Of a DNA stretch of 37,370 bases, positions 19,801 to 27,662 are shown one piece after another. A model generated the notes under the pieces. That model searched no databases. It worked only from the letters and a program-made list of their open reading frames with translations, and was not told where the DNA came from. The stretch covers positions 1-37,370 of the forward strand of contig CAYZQB010000007.1 in NCBI GenBank assembly GCA_964480395.1, read 5' to 3'. Origin of the DNA: an uncultured Planctomycetia bacterium. Lineage in GTDB: Bacteria; Planctomycetota; UBA8742; SKZP01; CAYZQB01. Each line of letters begins with the position of its first letter. Position 1 is the first letter of the stretch. The position numbers were made by a program, and so were the translations under genes.

Positions 19801-21349
19801 CTCGGATCGGGCTTCCAAACATGTTAATTTCCTGCTGACCCGTAGCAATTTTCGCAATCCAATTCAATTTTGCATTGCCAGTGCGTTTGCCGTCCTGAAA
19901 TTCTCCGTTAATATCGAAGGCAAGCAGGAAAAAATGGGCATTCGCAGTTAATGTACATCCAATTACATACGCTGTCGCATCAACAATTGTGGGTGCAATC
20001 GGATAAGATAAGATTTCGTGCAAAGGCAGACTGTCATCCCATTTTGCACCAACTCGCCATTTAATATCACCATTGTGCTTGTCAAAGCAGATAAGCTCTC
20101 GTTTAGTGGGAGTTATTATCGCAGGACCAGTGTAAGGAAGTCTGTAAGTGCTGCTTTCAAGCAAATAGTTTGGTACATAACTCTCAATCGGAGCATAAAC
20201 ATTATTATTATCACAGGAAACGGTGTAAATAACCGCGGAATCAATGCGCGGAATCCAGGAATAACCATTCTCTATCCTATTGCTGAAAGCCCATTTCTTT
20301 ACACCTGAATACAGATTGTATGCAGTCAGATTATTGCGATAAGGCACGTAAACTGTGGCATCCGAAACAGAAGGGAAAATCCTTTTTAAATTGCCTTCAT
20401 AATAAATATAATTCAATCCGTTGTAAGGTTCTTTTGGTCCAACTGTCGCTTGCGGGTGCGTTTCTGACCATCTGAATTCATCAGGATCTGTTATCGCTTG
20501 AACAATTTTATTGTTTGAAGCATTTCCACCATCTTTGTTGTAAATCTCAGAATAATTCGGTGATTTTATTCTTTTTCGAGTTTCAGTCAGTTTACTTTCG
20601 ACATAGCTAGGCAAATCAACAAAATTATGACCGAGTTTGAATCTCGCTTCAGGCAGGTTTTTTCGCAAGTAGGCAAGCAGTTTTTCGAGTTCGTAATCCC
20701 ATAAAAGCTTCTCAAAACAGAATGCAAGCTGGGCTACAAGTGATGTTTTTCCTGCGATATCAATGTTATATTGATATAGTAATTTTGACATTATCGAAGT
20801 TGCTTCTGGCAGTCTGTTTTGCTCAATCAGAATCCGTGACGCCTGTACTGCACCATTTAATGCAGAATCCGTGTAAGGATACGTCCTGATAACATCTTTC
20901 AATATATCAATATTTTTATTGAAAATAGCATTTTGAATCCTGCTCTCAGCTATTTTTTCATAGCGGCTTTTATATAAATCGAGAATTTCATCACTTCGGT
21001 TTTCGAGTATTTTTCTGACATAAACACGTGCACCCTGATATATTTTTTCTGTCTGGTTATAAACAACATCGTCGCGATATTTCTGTTGAGTCAAAATCTC
21101 CTGCAGTCTCGTCAGCCCTTCGATTCTATCGTTTAAAGCGGAATCTTTGTCTGAAGTTCTGTTTGCACGATCTAAAAAGTTGATTGCTTTAGCAATATAT
21201 TCTTTAGTATTCGGGTTCTCAATTTGCACACCTTCTTCGACGAATTCTTCTTCCTCATTCTCTTTATCTTCCTGTGATGTCAGGTTATTCTGCAAAAACA
21301 TGAGCATAAAAATTAATGTAATGAATAACAAATTTCTTCTGAGATTCAT
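16808..21349 (-). CDS. Giant secreted PQQ-like (BamB-like) beta-propeller repeat protein with central TPR/helical-repeat region
   Basis: Many G-x-x-x-W propeller blades (GDIKWRV, GERIWAQ, GKLLWNY, GIERWTA, GNSNWTR, GKQLWQK). A long helical middle section has TPR-like segments. The start is chosen at 21349 (MNLRRNLLFITLIFMLMFLQ signal peptide, GGAG about 6 nt upstream), although the ORF is open to 21406. Confidence 0.8.
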   Translation of the reverse strand: MNLRRNLLFITLIFMLMFLQNNLTSQEDKENEEEEFVEEGVQIENPNTKEYIAKAINFLDRANRTSDKDSALNDRIEGLTRLQEILTQQKYRDDVVYNQTEKIYQGARVYVRKILENRSDEILDLYKSRYEKIAESRIQNAIFNKNIDILKDVIRTYPYTDSALNGAVQASRILIEQNRLPEATSIMSKLLYQYNIDIAGKTSLVAQLAFCFEKLLWDYELEKLLAYLRKNLPEARFKLGHNFVDLPSYVESKLTETRKRIKSPNYSEIYNKDGGNASNNKIVQAITDPDEFRWSETHPQATVGPKEPYNGLNYIYYEGNLKRIFPSVSDATVYVPYRNNLTAYNLYSGVKKWAFSNRIENGYSWIPRIDSAVIYTVSCDNNNVYAPIESYVPNYLLESSTYRLPYTGPAIITPTKRELICFDKHNGDIKWRVGAKWDDSLPLHEILSYPIAPTIVDATAYVIGCTLTANAHFFLLAFDINGEFQDGKRTGNAKLNWIAKIATGQQEINMFGSPIREPIPQGLAYMDNKIIACTNVDLISAFDADTGERIWAQPYEKIPYISTKSYTPNFRRLTWFNRPPIIYKGKVVVTPLDSSKVYCYDIESGKLLWNYRYNPYDSSSRYLIGVYNDKVLFGGSKYLFTVDIESGKLTNALDLYEESRINDYKASGKPVIMGNLCLIPTRTSILHVDLNIMKVVKVSGNNDYSASIIEISSMGGNLISAENTLIAVNSSNIAVAYDRKDLFDLLINLERTFPNDLEIKYRIGMLLLENNKTDDAIVYFKKILAEYEKNKKSTFNQIVIQSNRTLFSIYYERAQELYLEGKLRELTAYISIAKQYSQTKDEYIRIMLIDIKSTQKLAASPNAKLKRDDVFRLLDDLMSKYPDYVHDFPSGEMSVKIYTALEGALFAEQINNPLKAVNYWQKIILYKPDINYLGKSLYDYSIERIDKLISENTRKIFETWDAKAEILLKSGVSTASSETLETLIDSYPNSLVCEKAYYELSMLYIRQEQLHDAMIIIQEFMVKFKISDKRAELMLRLYYIYTNNEILFSARNLLLDIAKEFKGQKIKYGTMEIEIDEFVKEQLALEKFKGLKIHKIIPRLAEPPLKQRFQKSFSNKTFPKLLLIEGTIPEKYSENTYVIHSLGLLQCLNTLNGIERWTANVQNTAVKSFYINNTLIIITTSGIYNINPANGNSNWTRMFNYSIDQAAIGDGIIALIGGKISENSGERIYTVFFCNIDDGRIITQYRFNRIDSVKDIQFFDKTLLLYVDKPSSSYPESIIAFDTENTDVPKYEITLTQRLKHYYIVLAGDNNITLLLRNNQLRIYDLKTGNIKKVKTLDHATWSSQQANDKIYVSGVINSGYIGLDPETFEQKWVILLKNVYSYPDYVLDNDRLYTFYRTRDNKYIIEAYNSSTGKQLWQKQLLELKREMSENIELLITQKYIVAVHEKMMTNTNQSSYSRQWNAKMCIVDKASGEILQYLQYDPLEQDTRMPKVLVIKDNLYVESNSLTCFGK

Positions 21350-21565
21350 TTTTTCTCCGTGTTTGTATTCATGATATTTTAACGTATTATTCAAGCAAAA
21401 ATTCACCTAATTATTAATACTATAAAATTGAAACAATGTTTATTAATCAGTTCGCATTATTTAATACAAATTACGTTGATTAAATGCGAAAAAACCTTTG
21501 AAATTACGATGATTTGAAGGTATAAGTCTCCTTTCTTGTATCAGAGATGCATTTTATGCAATATG

Positions 21566-21598
21566 GTCAATAGGTCGAAGAACTCTTGAGTCCTGTTG
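21566..21598 (+). promoter_or_regulatory. Copy 2 of the bipartite element (GTCAATAGGTC-N13-GTCCTGTTG), 57 nt upstream of the EF-G paralog start
   Basis: Exact 11-mer at 21566-21576 and GTCCTGTTG at 21590-21598. The segment CTTGAGTCCT is shared with the sigma-gene copy. Confidence 0.5.
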
Positions 21599-21654
21599 AG
21601 GATAATGAGAGAAGAGCCTAAAATACTGTGGATTTTGGTAATACGGAGGTCATA

Positions 21655-23757
21655 ATGTCGATTCAGGATTTGAGGAATGTCGCATTTGTTGGACATGGTA
21701 ACTCAGGAAAAACTGCAACTGTGGAAGGATTGCTCTACACTGCGAAAGCTATTTCACGTTGGGGAAGAAGTGATGACAAGACTTCAATACTCGATTATCT
21801 TGATGACGAAAAAGATAAAGCTTATTCTATAAATCTTAAGATCGGTCGCCTGAAGCACAACAAGGTTGACATAAATGTAATTGATACTCCTGGCAAGCCG
21901 GATTTCCTTGGTGAAGCGGTTTCAGCATTGTATGCGTGCGATACAGCGGTTATTACAATCGCAGCTAATGCGGGTATTCAGGTTAATACTCGAAATGCTT
22001 GGAAAATCTCGGAAAAAGCTAATGTTGCAAAGGCAATTCTCATTACAAAAACCGATGCTGAAAACATCAGAGTCGAGGATGTGATTAAGCAGATTCAGAA
22101 TACCTTTGGCGACAAGTGCATCCCAATAACGTACCCAATCGGTGAAAGTGTGGATATGGTGGATGTAATCGATGTAATCAATCTACCTGAAAACGCGCCT
22201 GATGCTGCTGTGTCCTACAGAGAAACACTTGTTGAGAGATCAGTTGAAGCAGACGATGAAATAATGGAAAAATTCCTTGAAGAAATGGAAATCGATGAAG
22301 CAACTTTCAACAAGGTTTTGAAAAAAGCAATCACAATGGGTGTTGTTGTTCCGATTCTTTTTGTCGGAATGACAAAAGAAAAAGGTTATGACATTCTGCT
22401 TGATAAAATTGTCGAGCTTTTTCCGTCACCAGCAGATAATCTAGCGAAATTCAGCATATATCCTCTAGAACCAATGAAAGAATATATTAAAGCCAACGAA
22501 CTGGATATATTCAGCACTGTCATCACTGAAAAAACTGACATTCAAAAGCCAGAGCCAGAAACTATCGAATCTGCTGATGGTGATTTCCTTGCACAGGTCT
22601 TCAAATCAACAATTGACCCACAAACCGGAATACGAAACAGTTTTATCAGAGTTGTTCGCGGTGAAATGACAAGTGATGGTGCAATATACAACTGTTCAAC
22701 CGAAAAAATTGAAAAAGTAACGGGTTTCCTACATATCAGCGGTAAAGATACAAAAAGAATTGATAAAGCTGTTGCAGGCGATATTGTGGTTATCTCAAAA
22801 ATGGATTCCTTACATACTTGCACAACGATAACCGGTACGAACCATAAGATGCTGGAAGGATTTCCCTTTCCTCTTCCAACTGCTTCATTTGCTGTTCATC
22901 CGAAAACTCAAAAAGACGTTGATAAAGTCGGTGAAGCAATATCAAGAATTCGCGCGGAAGACCCAACTTTCGTTGACAGGATAGATCCAGTTACAAAAGA
23001 GCGAGTTATTGTCGGTCTCACTGACCTTCACTTGAATATTATGCTTGACCGCATGAAAAAACGCTCAAAAGTTGAAGTCGAGACAAGCTTACCCATAATT
23101 CCGTATAAAGAAACTATAACCGGTAAAGCTGCTGACAGCTATCGGCATAAGAAGCAGTCGGGTGGTGCTGGCGAATTCGGCGAGGTTCATATAGAAATCA
23201 GTCCGAGTGAACGTGGTGCCGGCTTTGAGTTCGAAAACGCAATTTTCGGTGGTTCAATTGACAGAGTTTTCATTCCTTCAGTTGAAAAAGGATTGAAAGA
23301 TCAGATGGCAAAAGGAGTTATTGTCGGTTTTCCTGTTGTTGATGTTCATGCACGACTATATGACGGGAAGACACATCCTGTTGACAGCAAGGACAGGGCA
23401 TTTCAGGTTGCTGCTCGCGAATGCTTCAAGAAGATTTTTCCGCATGCAAAACCAAAGCTTCTAGAGCCATATATGGAAATGGAAGTTCATATTCCAACTG
23501 AAAAAGTCGGCGACATTCTTGCGGACATCTCCGGTGCTCGCAGAGGGCGCGTTAACGATCAGATTACTGATGGTGATTTTGCAACAATTATGGCAGTTGC
23601 ACCACTTTCGGAGATTCAAACTTACAGCCAGAGTCTTCAGTCGATGACAGGCGGTGAAGGAACATTTACGATGAAATTTAGCAACTATGAAATAGTGCCT
23701 GAGAATATAACACAACAGATAATTGCAAAATATGCAAAAAAAGTTGAAGAAAAATAA
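21655..23757 (+). CDS. Elongation factor G paralog (EF-G-like translational GTPase)
   Basis: G1 is GHGNSGKT, G3 is DTPGKPDF and G4 is TKTD. The domain IV tip context is YDGKTHPVDSKDRAFQVAA. About 700 aa. Start ATG 21655 has GGAGG 5 nt upstream; the ORF is open from GTG 21628. Confidence 0.88.
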   Translation: MSIQDLRNVAFVGHGNSGKTATVEGLLYTAKAISRWGRSDDKTSILDYLDDEKDKAYSINLKIGRLKHNKVDINVIDTPGKPDFLGEAVSALYACDTAVITIAANAGIQVNTRNAWKISEKANVAKAILITKTDAENIRVEDVIKQIQNTFGDKCIPITYPIGESVDMVDVIDVINLPENAPDAAVSYRETLVERSVEADDEIMEKFLEEMEIDEATFNKVLKKAITMGVVVPILFVGMTKEKGYDILLDKIVELFPSPADNLAKFSIYPLEPMKEYIKANELDIFSTVITEKTDIQKPEPETIESADGDFLAQVFKSTIDPQTGIRNSFIRVVRGEMTSDGAIYNCSTEKIEKVTGFLHISGKDTKRIDKAVAGDIVVISKMDSLHTCTTITGTNHKMLEGFPFPLPTASFAVHPKTQKDVDKVGEAISRIRAEDPTFVDRIDPVTKERVIVGLTDLHLNIMLDRMKKRSKVEVETSLPIIPYKETITGKAADSYRHKKQSGGAGEFGEVHIEISPSERGAGFEFENAIFGGSIDRVFIPSVEKGLKDQMAKGVIVGFPVVDVHARLYDGKTHPVDSKDRAFQVAARECFKKIFPHAKPKLLEPYMEMEVHIPTEKVGDILADISGARRGRVNDQITDGDFATIMAVAPLSEIQTYSQSLQSMTGGEGTFTMKFSNYEIVPENITQQIIAKYAKKVEEK

Positions 23758-23861
23758 CAAGCGTGAAAGTTTTTAGCGATATTATTAAAAGAAATTGAAT
23801 GAATAAAACATTTTGGTTATCTTGCTAATAACAAATCAAGAATGCTGATTGGACATAAAGC

Positions 23862-25910
23862 ATGGATAAAAAATTATTACAATTTATGACAGCAATTACG
23901 CTACGGAGAATCAGTCAGCTCAAGTATCGCAGTGTGATAAATGCACCAGATACAAATGATAATAATATAATCAGTATTTACGAAATAGCCGGTGAATTAT
24001 GTGAGGATTTTAAGGATGTTATCCTGCAGGAAGCACGGGAACTCGCTCAAACCAGTGCTGAAGACAAAAATCTTTCACCTGAAAAAATTGCTTTGATGCT
24101 CGCTGAGGCAATTCCACTTTATGCTGGCTACAACGACATAAAGGATAATTTTCCTGACAATTCGGAGATTACTAGAAAAGTACTGAGTATCAAAGTCGGT
24201 CATCCTGCTGATAAATCCGACTATTATTTCGCAATCATTCGGGATAATGCGAATAAAGACCCATTTGTACCCGTCGAAGAACGTATGTTGACGAAGCCAC
24301 TTGAATCAGATCTGAGTGATTTGTACGAGAAAGTTTATATTGATGCGAAAGCATTGATAAATCAGCTTAATATTTCGAATTTTAATCAAATTTTGACTCA
24401 ACTCATAGAAATGCTTATGCCAATTCCGATTAACTCCGGAACTGATACTTTTCTCTCGATGGGGAGTTATTTCCGTGCTGTTCTAATTATCGGTTGCTCG
24501 ATTTTAAACGAGATAAAATCGCATGGACCCGGAGTGATGCAATCCGATGAAAGTAATTTATGGGCGTTAACCAAGATTGAAATCGTAAAACTTGGCATTA
24601 ATGGAAACTTGCCGGGTAGTATTATAGAAGAATCCAGGGAATTTCAGGTTTTAAGGAAAGAATTATTCGATGCGATGAAAACAGATACCCTGATTATTGA
24701 AAACCACGAACTTAAATCAACACTACCGAATCATATCTACCTGCTTCACAATAAATCTTTTAGTGAAGAATTGACTCGGAAAATTAAACCTGCAGTAACA
24801 CATTGGTTTGCTCAAAATCGTGCTGCTACATGCGTTGCAAGCGTAGAATTAAACAAAAATGACCTTTCTGATACTAAAAAATTTGAAGAATGCCTGAAAA
24901 AAGTGGATTTGAAAGCACATCATGAAATTGTGCACAAAATTGCCTTAAATTCTTTTTCTCAACCCGTGAAAGAAAAATCTAATGCGGAAAATCTTAAGAA
25001 AACGAGTAAAATTAACCCGCCAGAACTTGTTCAAAAAGCAGCATCAGAAAGCAGAATACCGATCATGGGTATGCTTCTAATTAAACAGGAAACTCAGCCG
25101 GAGTTAATCATTAACCGTGGTGCTGGTTTGCCTTCAATTCTTTTCGCAAATGACAGATTCACTCATTTCTGGGAAAAAATTGTTCCTGATATCGCTGGGA
25201 AATACCGTTTTTCAACAAGTATGATACATCTTGAAAAGGGTGATGTATTAATTAAGAATAAATTGTCGAGACTTCTAAGTTTCACAAGGGAATTTTTCAA
25301 TCTATATTATGATTTTGGAATGCCTGTGAGCATCAGCGCAAGCATCACAATGAATCAAGAAGGAGATGATGGCAAGAACCTGTCAATGACACATCAAGGT
25401 TATGTGGATGCAAAAAACGCAGTTCGCCCAAAAATTAGGACAGATAACCAAAATATCAATCCTTTCAGCGGTTTCAAGGGCAGCATGCTTTCTCTTTGTT
25501 TATTTGAGAATACGTCAAAAAACACAATTCCGAGTGAAGACCTGAAAATATTCTTCGAAATGATGCGTCAAATTGGATTACTTGCGGGTTATAGAGTCAA
25601 TAATGAAGATATTGTCCCACTTTCTAGTCAGACCAAACCTGAAATATTCAATATAGTACACTCAATTACGAATAAAATAAAGAATGATAAAGGTTTCAAC
25701 TGGCAATCAGTTTTGTATTATATGCTAACAGAGAAATTTAGTGATGAAGCTGATGCAAAAACTATAAATCTCAACGAACAAGCTGTAAACGACCTTTTAC
25801 ATACCTTAAGATATAATCGATGGCAGAACATTCAAAGACTGATGTCAAAACCTGCTCATCTTTATCTGAATATTTTGGCAAAATGGTTGAAAGTATTAGA
25901 ATTAACTTAA
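23862..25910 (+). CDS. Large hypothetical protein in the Cas10 (type III large subunit) position; possibly a highly degenerate Cas10 lacking HD, zinc-finger and GGDD motifs
   Basis: It lies immediately 5' of a csm2-csm3-csm4-csm5-like series, with its stop 18 nt before the next start. Length is 682 aa. The only Cas10-like trace I see is MIHLEKGDVLI (aa 454-464) followed about 30 aa later by PVSISASITM. This resembles the Palm2 pattern hhY-GGDD-hhh ... T-h-S-A-G-h with GGDD degraded to EKGD. There is no N-terminal HD and no CxxC pairs. The C-terminal ~130 aa look helical. Confidence 0.4.
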   Translation: MDKKLLQFMTAITLRRISQLKYRSVINAPDTNDNNIISIYEIAGELCEDFKDVILQEARELAQTSAEDKNLSPEKIALMLAEAIPLYAGYNDIKDNFPDNSEITRKVLSIKVGHPADKSDYYFAIIRDNANKDPFVPVEERMLTKPLESDLSDLYEKVYIDAKALINQLNISNFNQILTQLIEMLMPIPINSGTDTFLSMGSYFRAVLIIGCSILNEIKSHGPGVMQSDESNLWALTKIEIVKLGINGNLPGSIIEESREFQVLRKELFDAMKTDTLIIENHELKSTLPNHIYLLHNKSFSEELTRKIKPAVTHWFAQNRAATCVASVELNKNDLSDTKKFEECLKKVDLKAHHEIVHKIALNSFSQPVKEKSNAENLKKTSKINPPELVQKAASESRIPIMGMLLIKQETQPELIINRGAGLPSILFANDRFTHFWEKIVPDIAGKYRFSTSMIHLEKGDVLIKNKLSRLLSFTREFFNLYYDFGMPVSISASITMNQEGDDGKNLSMTHQGYVDAKNAVRPKIRTDNQNINPFSGFKGSMLSLCLFENTSKNTIPSEDLKIFFEMMRQIGLLAGYRVNNEDIVPLSSQTKPEIFNIVHSITNKIKNDKGFNWQSVLYYMLTEKFSDEADAKTINLNEQAVNDLLHTLRYNRWQNIQRLMSKPAHLYLNILAKWLKVLELT

Positions 25911-25927
25911 CGAAACAAGGAGTATAT

Positions 25928-26854
25928 ATGTTTGCAGAAGAAATTAACGAAGATATGAAGGAAAGAAAAGATACTTCAGCTGAGGAGATAAAAGAAGAAC
26001 CTGAAACTATTGACGAAAATAAACCTGTAAAATCAGCGAAAAATACTGAAACTAATGCTGAAGACAAAGTTGAAGCATTAAATGATAAAGCTGATGCTGA
26101 TGTTGTTAAGGACGAAAAGCATGATGAAAAACCTGTTGACAACTCAAAATCAGTAAAATCAGAAAAAATTACTAAGGATAAAAAGGATAAATTACTAGTT
26201 GAGACAGAGATACAAAAAGAATTACAGGATATTAAAACCTCGAAAACTCAAAAGGATTCTATTAAAATTAAGGATTCTGCTCAGGAAGAATCTAAAGAAT
26301 CGATCCTTACTAAAAAGGAAATTAAACTTGATGAACCGCGTAAAAGCAAGACGGAATCAGGTAGGTTCGAGAAAAGAATAAGTGAGCGAAAAAGAATAGA
26401 CAGACGCGGACTTCGTCAGGGAATCAGACGTGAAGAATATCGTAATAAAAGCTATGATGCACTTCCTGCACGAGATCAGAACATTAAAGAGATAATAAGC
26501 TCTGGAAATCCCGATTTAATCAACAGAACCGCTGAAGATTACGCAAAAACATGGGGTGACAGACCACCGTGGATTAAAAACCGTTTTTCTTCATTCCAGA
26601 TACGACCGATTATTTCAAAAATCTTGAAAATCAGAAAAAAAACCTTCGCATACGAAAACGTAAACGAGCTGAAACTTCTGAAACCATTGTTAGCATATAT
26701 TGCACGCAGGTATCACGACGACGATCTTTATGAATTTTCGCGAATAATAAGATATGCGATTGATGATGTCGGAGACGACCCGCAAAAGTTCAAATATTTT
26801 TGCTCGTTCTTTGATTCTCTGCTTCTGTATTTCAGGGCTAACGGTGGTAAATAA
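25928..26854 (+). CDS. csm2: Csm2-type Cas11 small subunit with a ~180-aa Lys/Glu/Asp-rich N-terminal extension
   Basis: The C-terminal ~125 aa carry Csm2 family hallmarks as I recall them: SSFQIRPIISKILKI, ELKLLKPLLAYIARR and KFKYFCSFFDSLLLYFRANG. Start 25928 is preceded by AAGGAG (25917-25922). The N-terminal part is low-complexity charged sequence ending in an Arg-rich patch (RFEKRISERKRIDRRGLRQGIRREEYR). Confidence 0.75.
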   Translation: MFAEEINEDMKERKDTSAEEIKEEPETIDENKPVKSAKNTETNAEDKVEALNDKADADVVKDEKHDEKPVDNSKSVKSEKITKDKKDKLLVETEIQKELQDIKTSKTQKDSIKIKDSAQEESKESILTKKEIKLDEPRKSKTESGRFEKRISERKRIDRRGLRQGIRREEYRNKSYDALPARDQNIKEIISSGNPDLINRTAEDYAKTWGDRPPWIKNRFSSFQIRPIISKILKIRKKTFAYENVNELKLLKPLLAYIARRYHDDDLYEFSRIIRYAIDDVGDDPQKFKYFCSFFDSLLLYFRANGGK

Positions 26855-26885
26855 CATTAAATCCAAAACATAAGTGAGATTGATT

Positions 26886-27644
26886 ATGCAATTAGACAAA
26901 CGAATTTTCCTAAAAGGTTACATTATTGCTGAAACAGGTTTGTTAATCGGTGGAACTGACACAGGACAAGGACTGAGCGGAGCAGACAAGGTTGTTTTAC
27001 GCAATCCTATCGATGAAAGACCGTTTATCCCTGGTTCGTCCATAAAAGGCAAAATGAGAATGCTATTGGATCAGCTTGCTGGGATTTATTCTGAAACCGA
27101 TGAGAAAAAAACTGCCAGTGAGATTCACAAAAAGATCGCACGATTGCTTGGAAAAATCAGCGATGATAGAGCAGAAAGTCCCAGAATGCTTATTATCCGG
27201 GATGCTAATCTTGTGAACCACAAGTATCTTGAAGCACAAGAGCATCTTGATCTGCCTTACACTGAACTAAAAACCGAAGTTTCAATCGATAGAATCACCG
27301 CGAAAGCCACGCCACATTGCTATGAAAGAGTGCCTTCAGGAGCAGTATTTTGTTTCGAGATGATTTTAAGCACTTACGATTTCGGCAAATCCAAGGACGA
27401 TGCAAAACAATATGTCGAGTTGATATTAACTGCATTATTGCTTCTGCAGGACGATTATCTGGGAGCAAACGGCTCGCGCGGTTACGGTAAAGTAAGATTT
27501 CACGTGAATGATATAAAAATGCGCGACAAAGAAGGTTATATCAAGAATGCTGAGCCAATTGATTTCACTGAAGTCAACGTACCAGCTGAGCTGAAACTCG
27601 AACAACCGGTTCTTGATGAAATTAATTCGCAGATTTCTAAGTAA
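26886..27644 (+). CDS. csm3: Csm3-family RAMP (Cas7 backbone subunit)
   Basis: The N-terminal stretch is GLLIGGTDTGQGLSGADKVVLRNPIDERPFIPGSSIKGKMRMLL, which holds the G-rich loop, the catalytic-Asp context and the IPGSS-KG-R motif. The C-terminal motif is LGANGSRGYGKVRF. Confidence 0.88.
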   Translation: MQLDKRIFLKGYIIAETGLLIGGTDTGQGLSGADKVVLRNPIDERPFIPGSSIKGKMRMLLDQLAGIYSETDEKKTASEIHKKIARLLGKISDDRAESPRMLIIRDANLVNHKYLEAQEHLDLPYTELKTEVSIDRITAKATPHCYERVPSGAVFCFEMILSTYDFGKSKDDAKQYVELILTALLLLQDDYLGANGSRGYGKVRFHVNDIKMRDKEGYIKNAEPIDFTEVNVPAELKLEQPVLDEINSQISK

Positions 27645-27662
27645 AAACAATGAGGTTGACCG

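Noticed and set aside
21450-21500. Inverted repeat TTCGCAT...ATGCGAA upstream of the EF-G paralog considered as a terminator or riboswitch stem
   Set aside because: The stem is short and interrupted, there is no T-tract on either strand and it is not repeated elsewhere, so it is not supportable.
21628-21654. GTG start at 21628 for the EF-G paralog
   Set aside because: ATG 21655 has a GGAGG Shine-Dalgarno 5 nt upstream and gives the usual short N-terminus before the G1 motif.
24741-24761. LLHNKSF in the Cas10-slot protein resembling the HD-domain LLHDxGK motif
   Set aside because: It lies at about aa 294-300 rather than at the N-terminus, the Asp is replaced by Asn, and no partner His/Asp motifs surround it. 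It is most likely coincidental.
25356-25373. QEGDDG in the Cas10-slot protein as a possible GGDD cyclase motif
   Set aside because: It lies immediately after the SISASITM strand rather than about 30-60 aa before it. It lacks the flanking hydrophobic beta-strands and has only one Gly before DD. The order is inconsistent with a Palm2 hairpin.
25820-25927. Upstream extension of the Cas11-like ORF (track start 25820) overlapping the end of the Cas10-slot gene
   Set aside because: The in-frame ATG at 25928 has a strong AAGGAG 5 nt upstream and lies 18 nt after the upstream stop. The 36 extra residues overlap the preceding gene and look non-coding.
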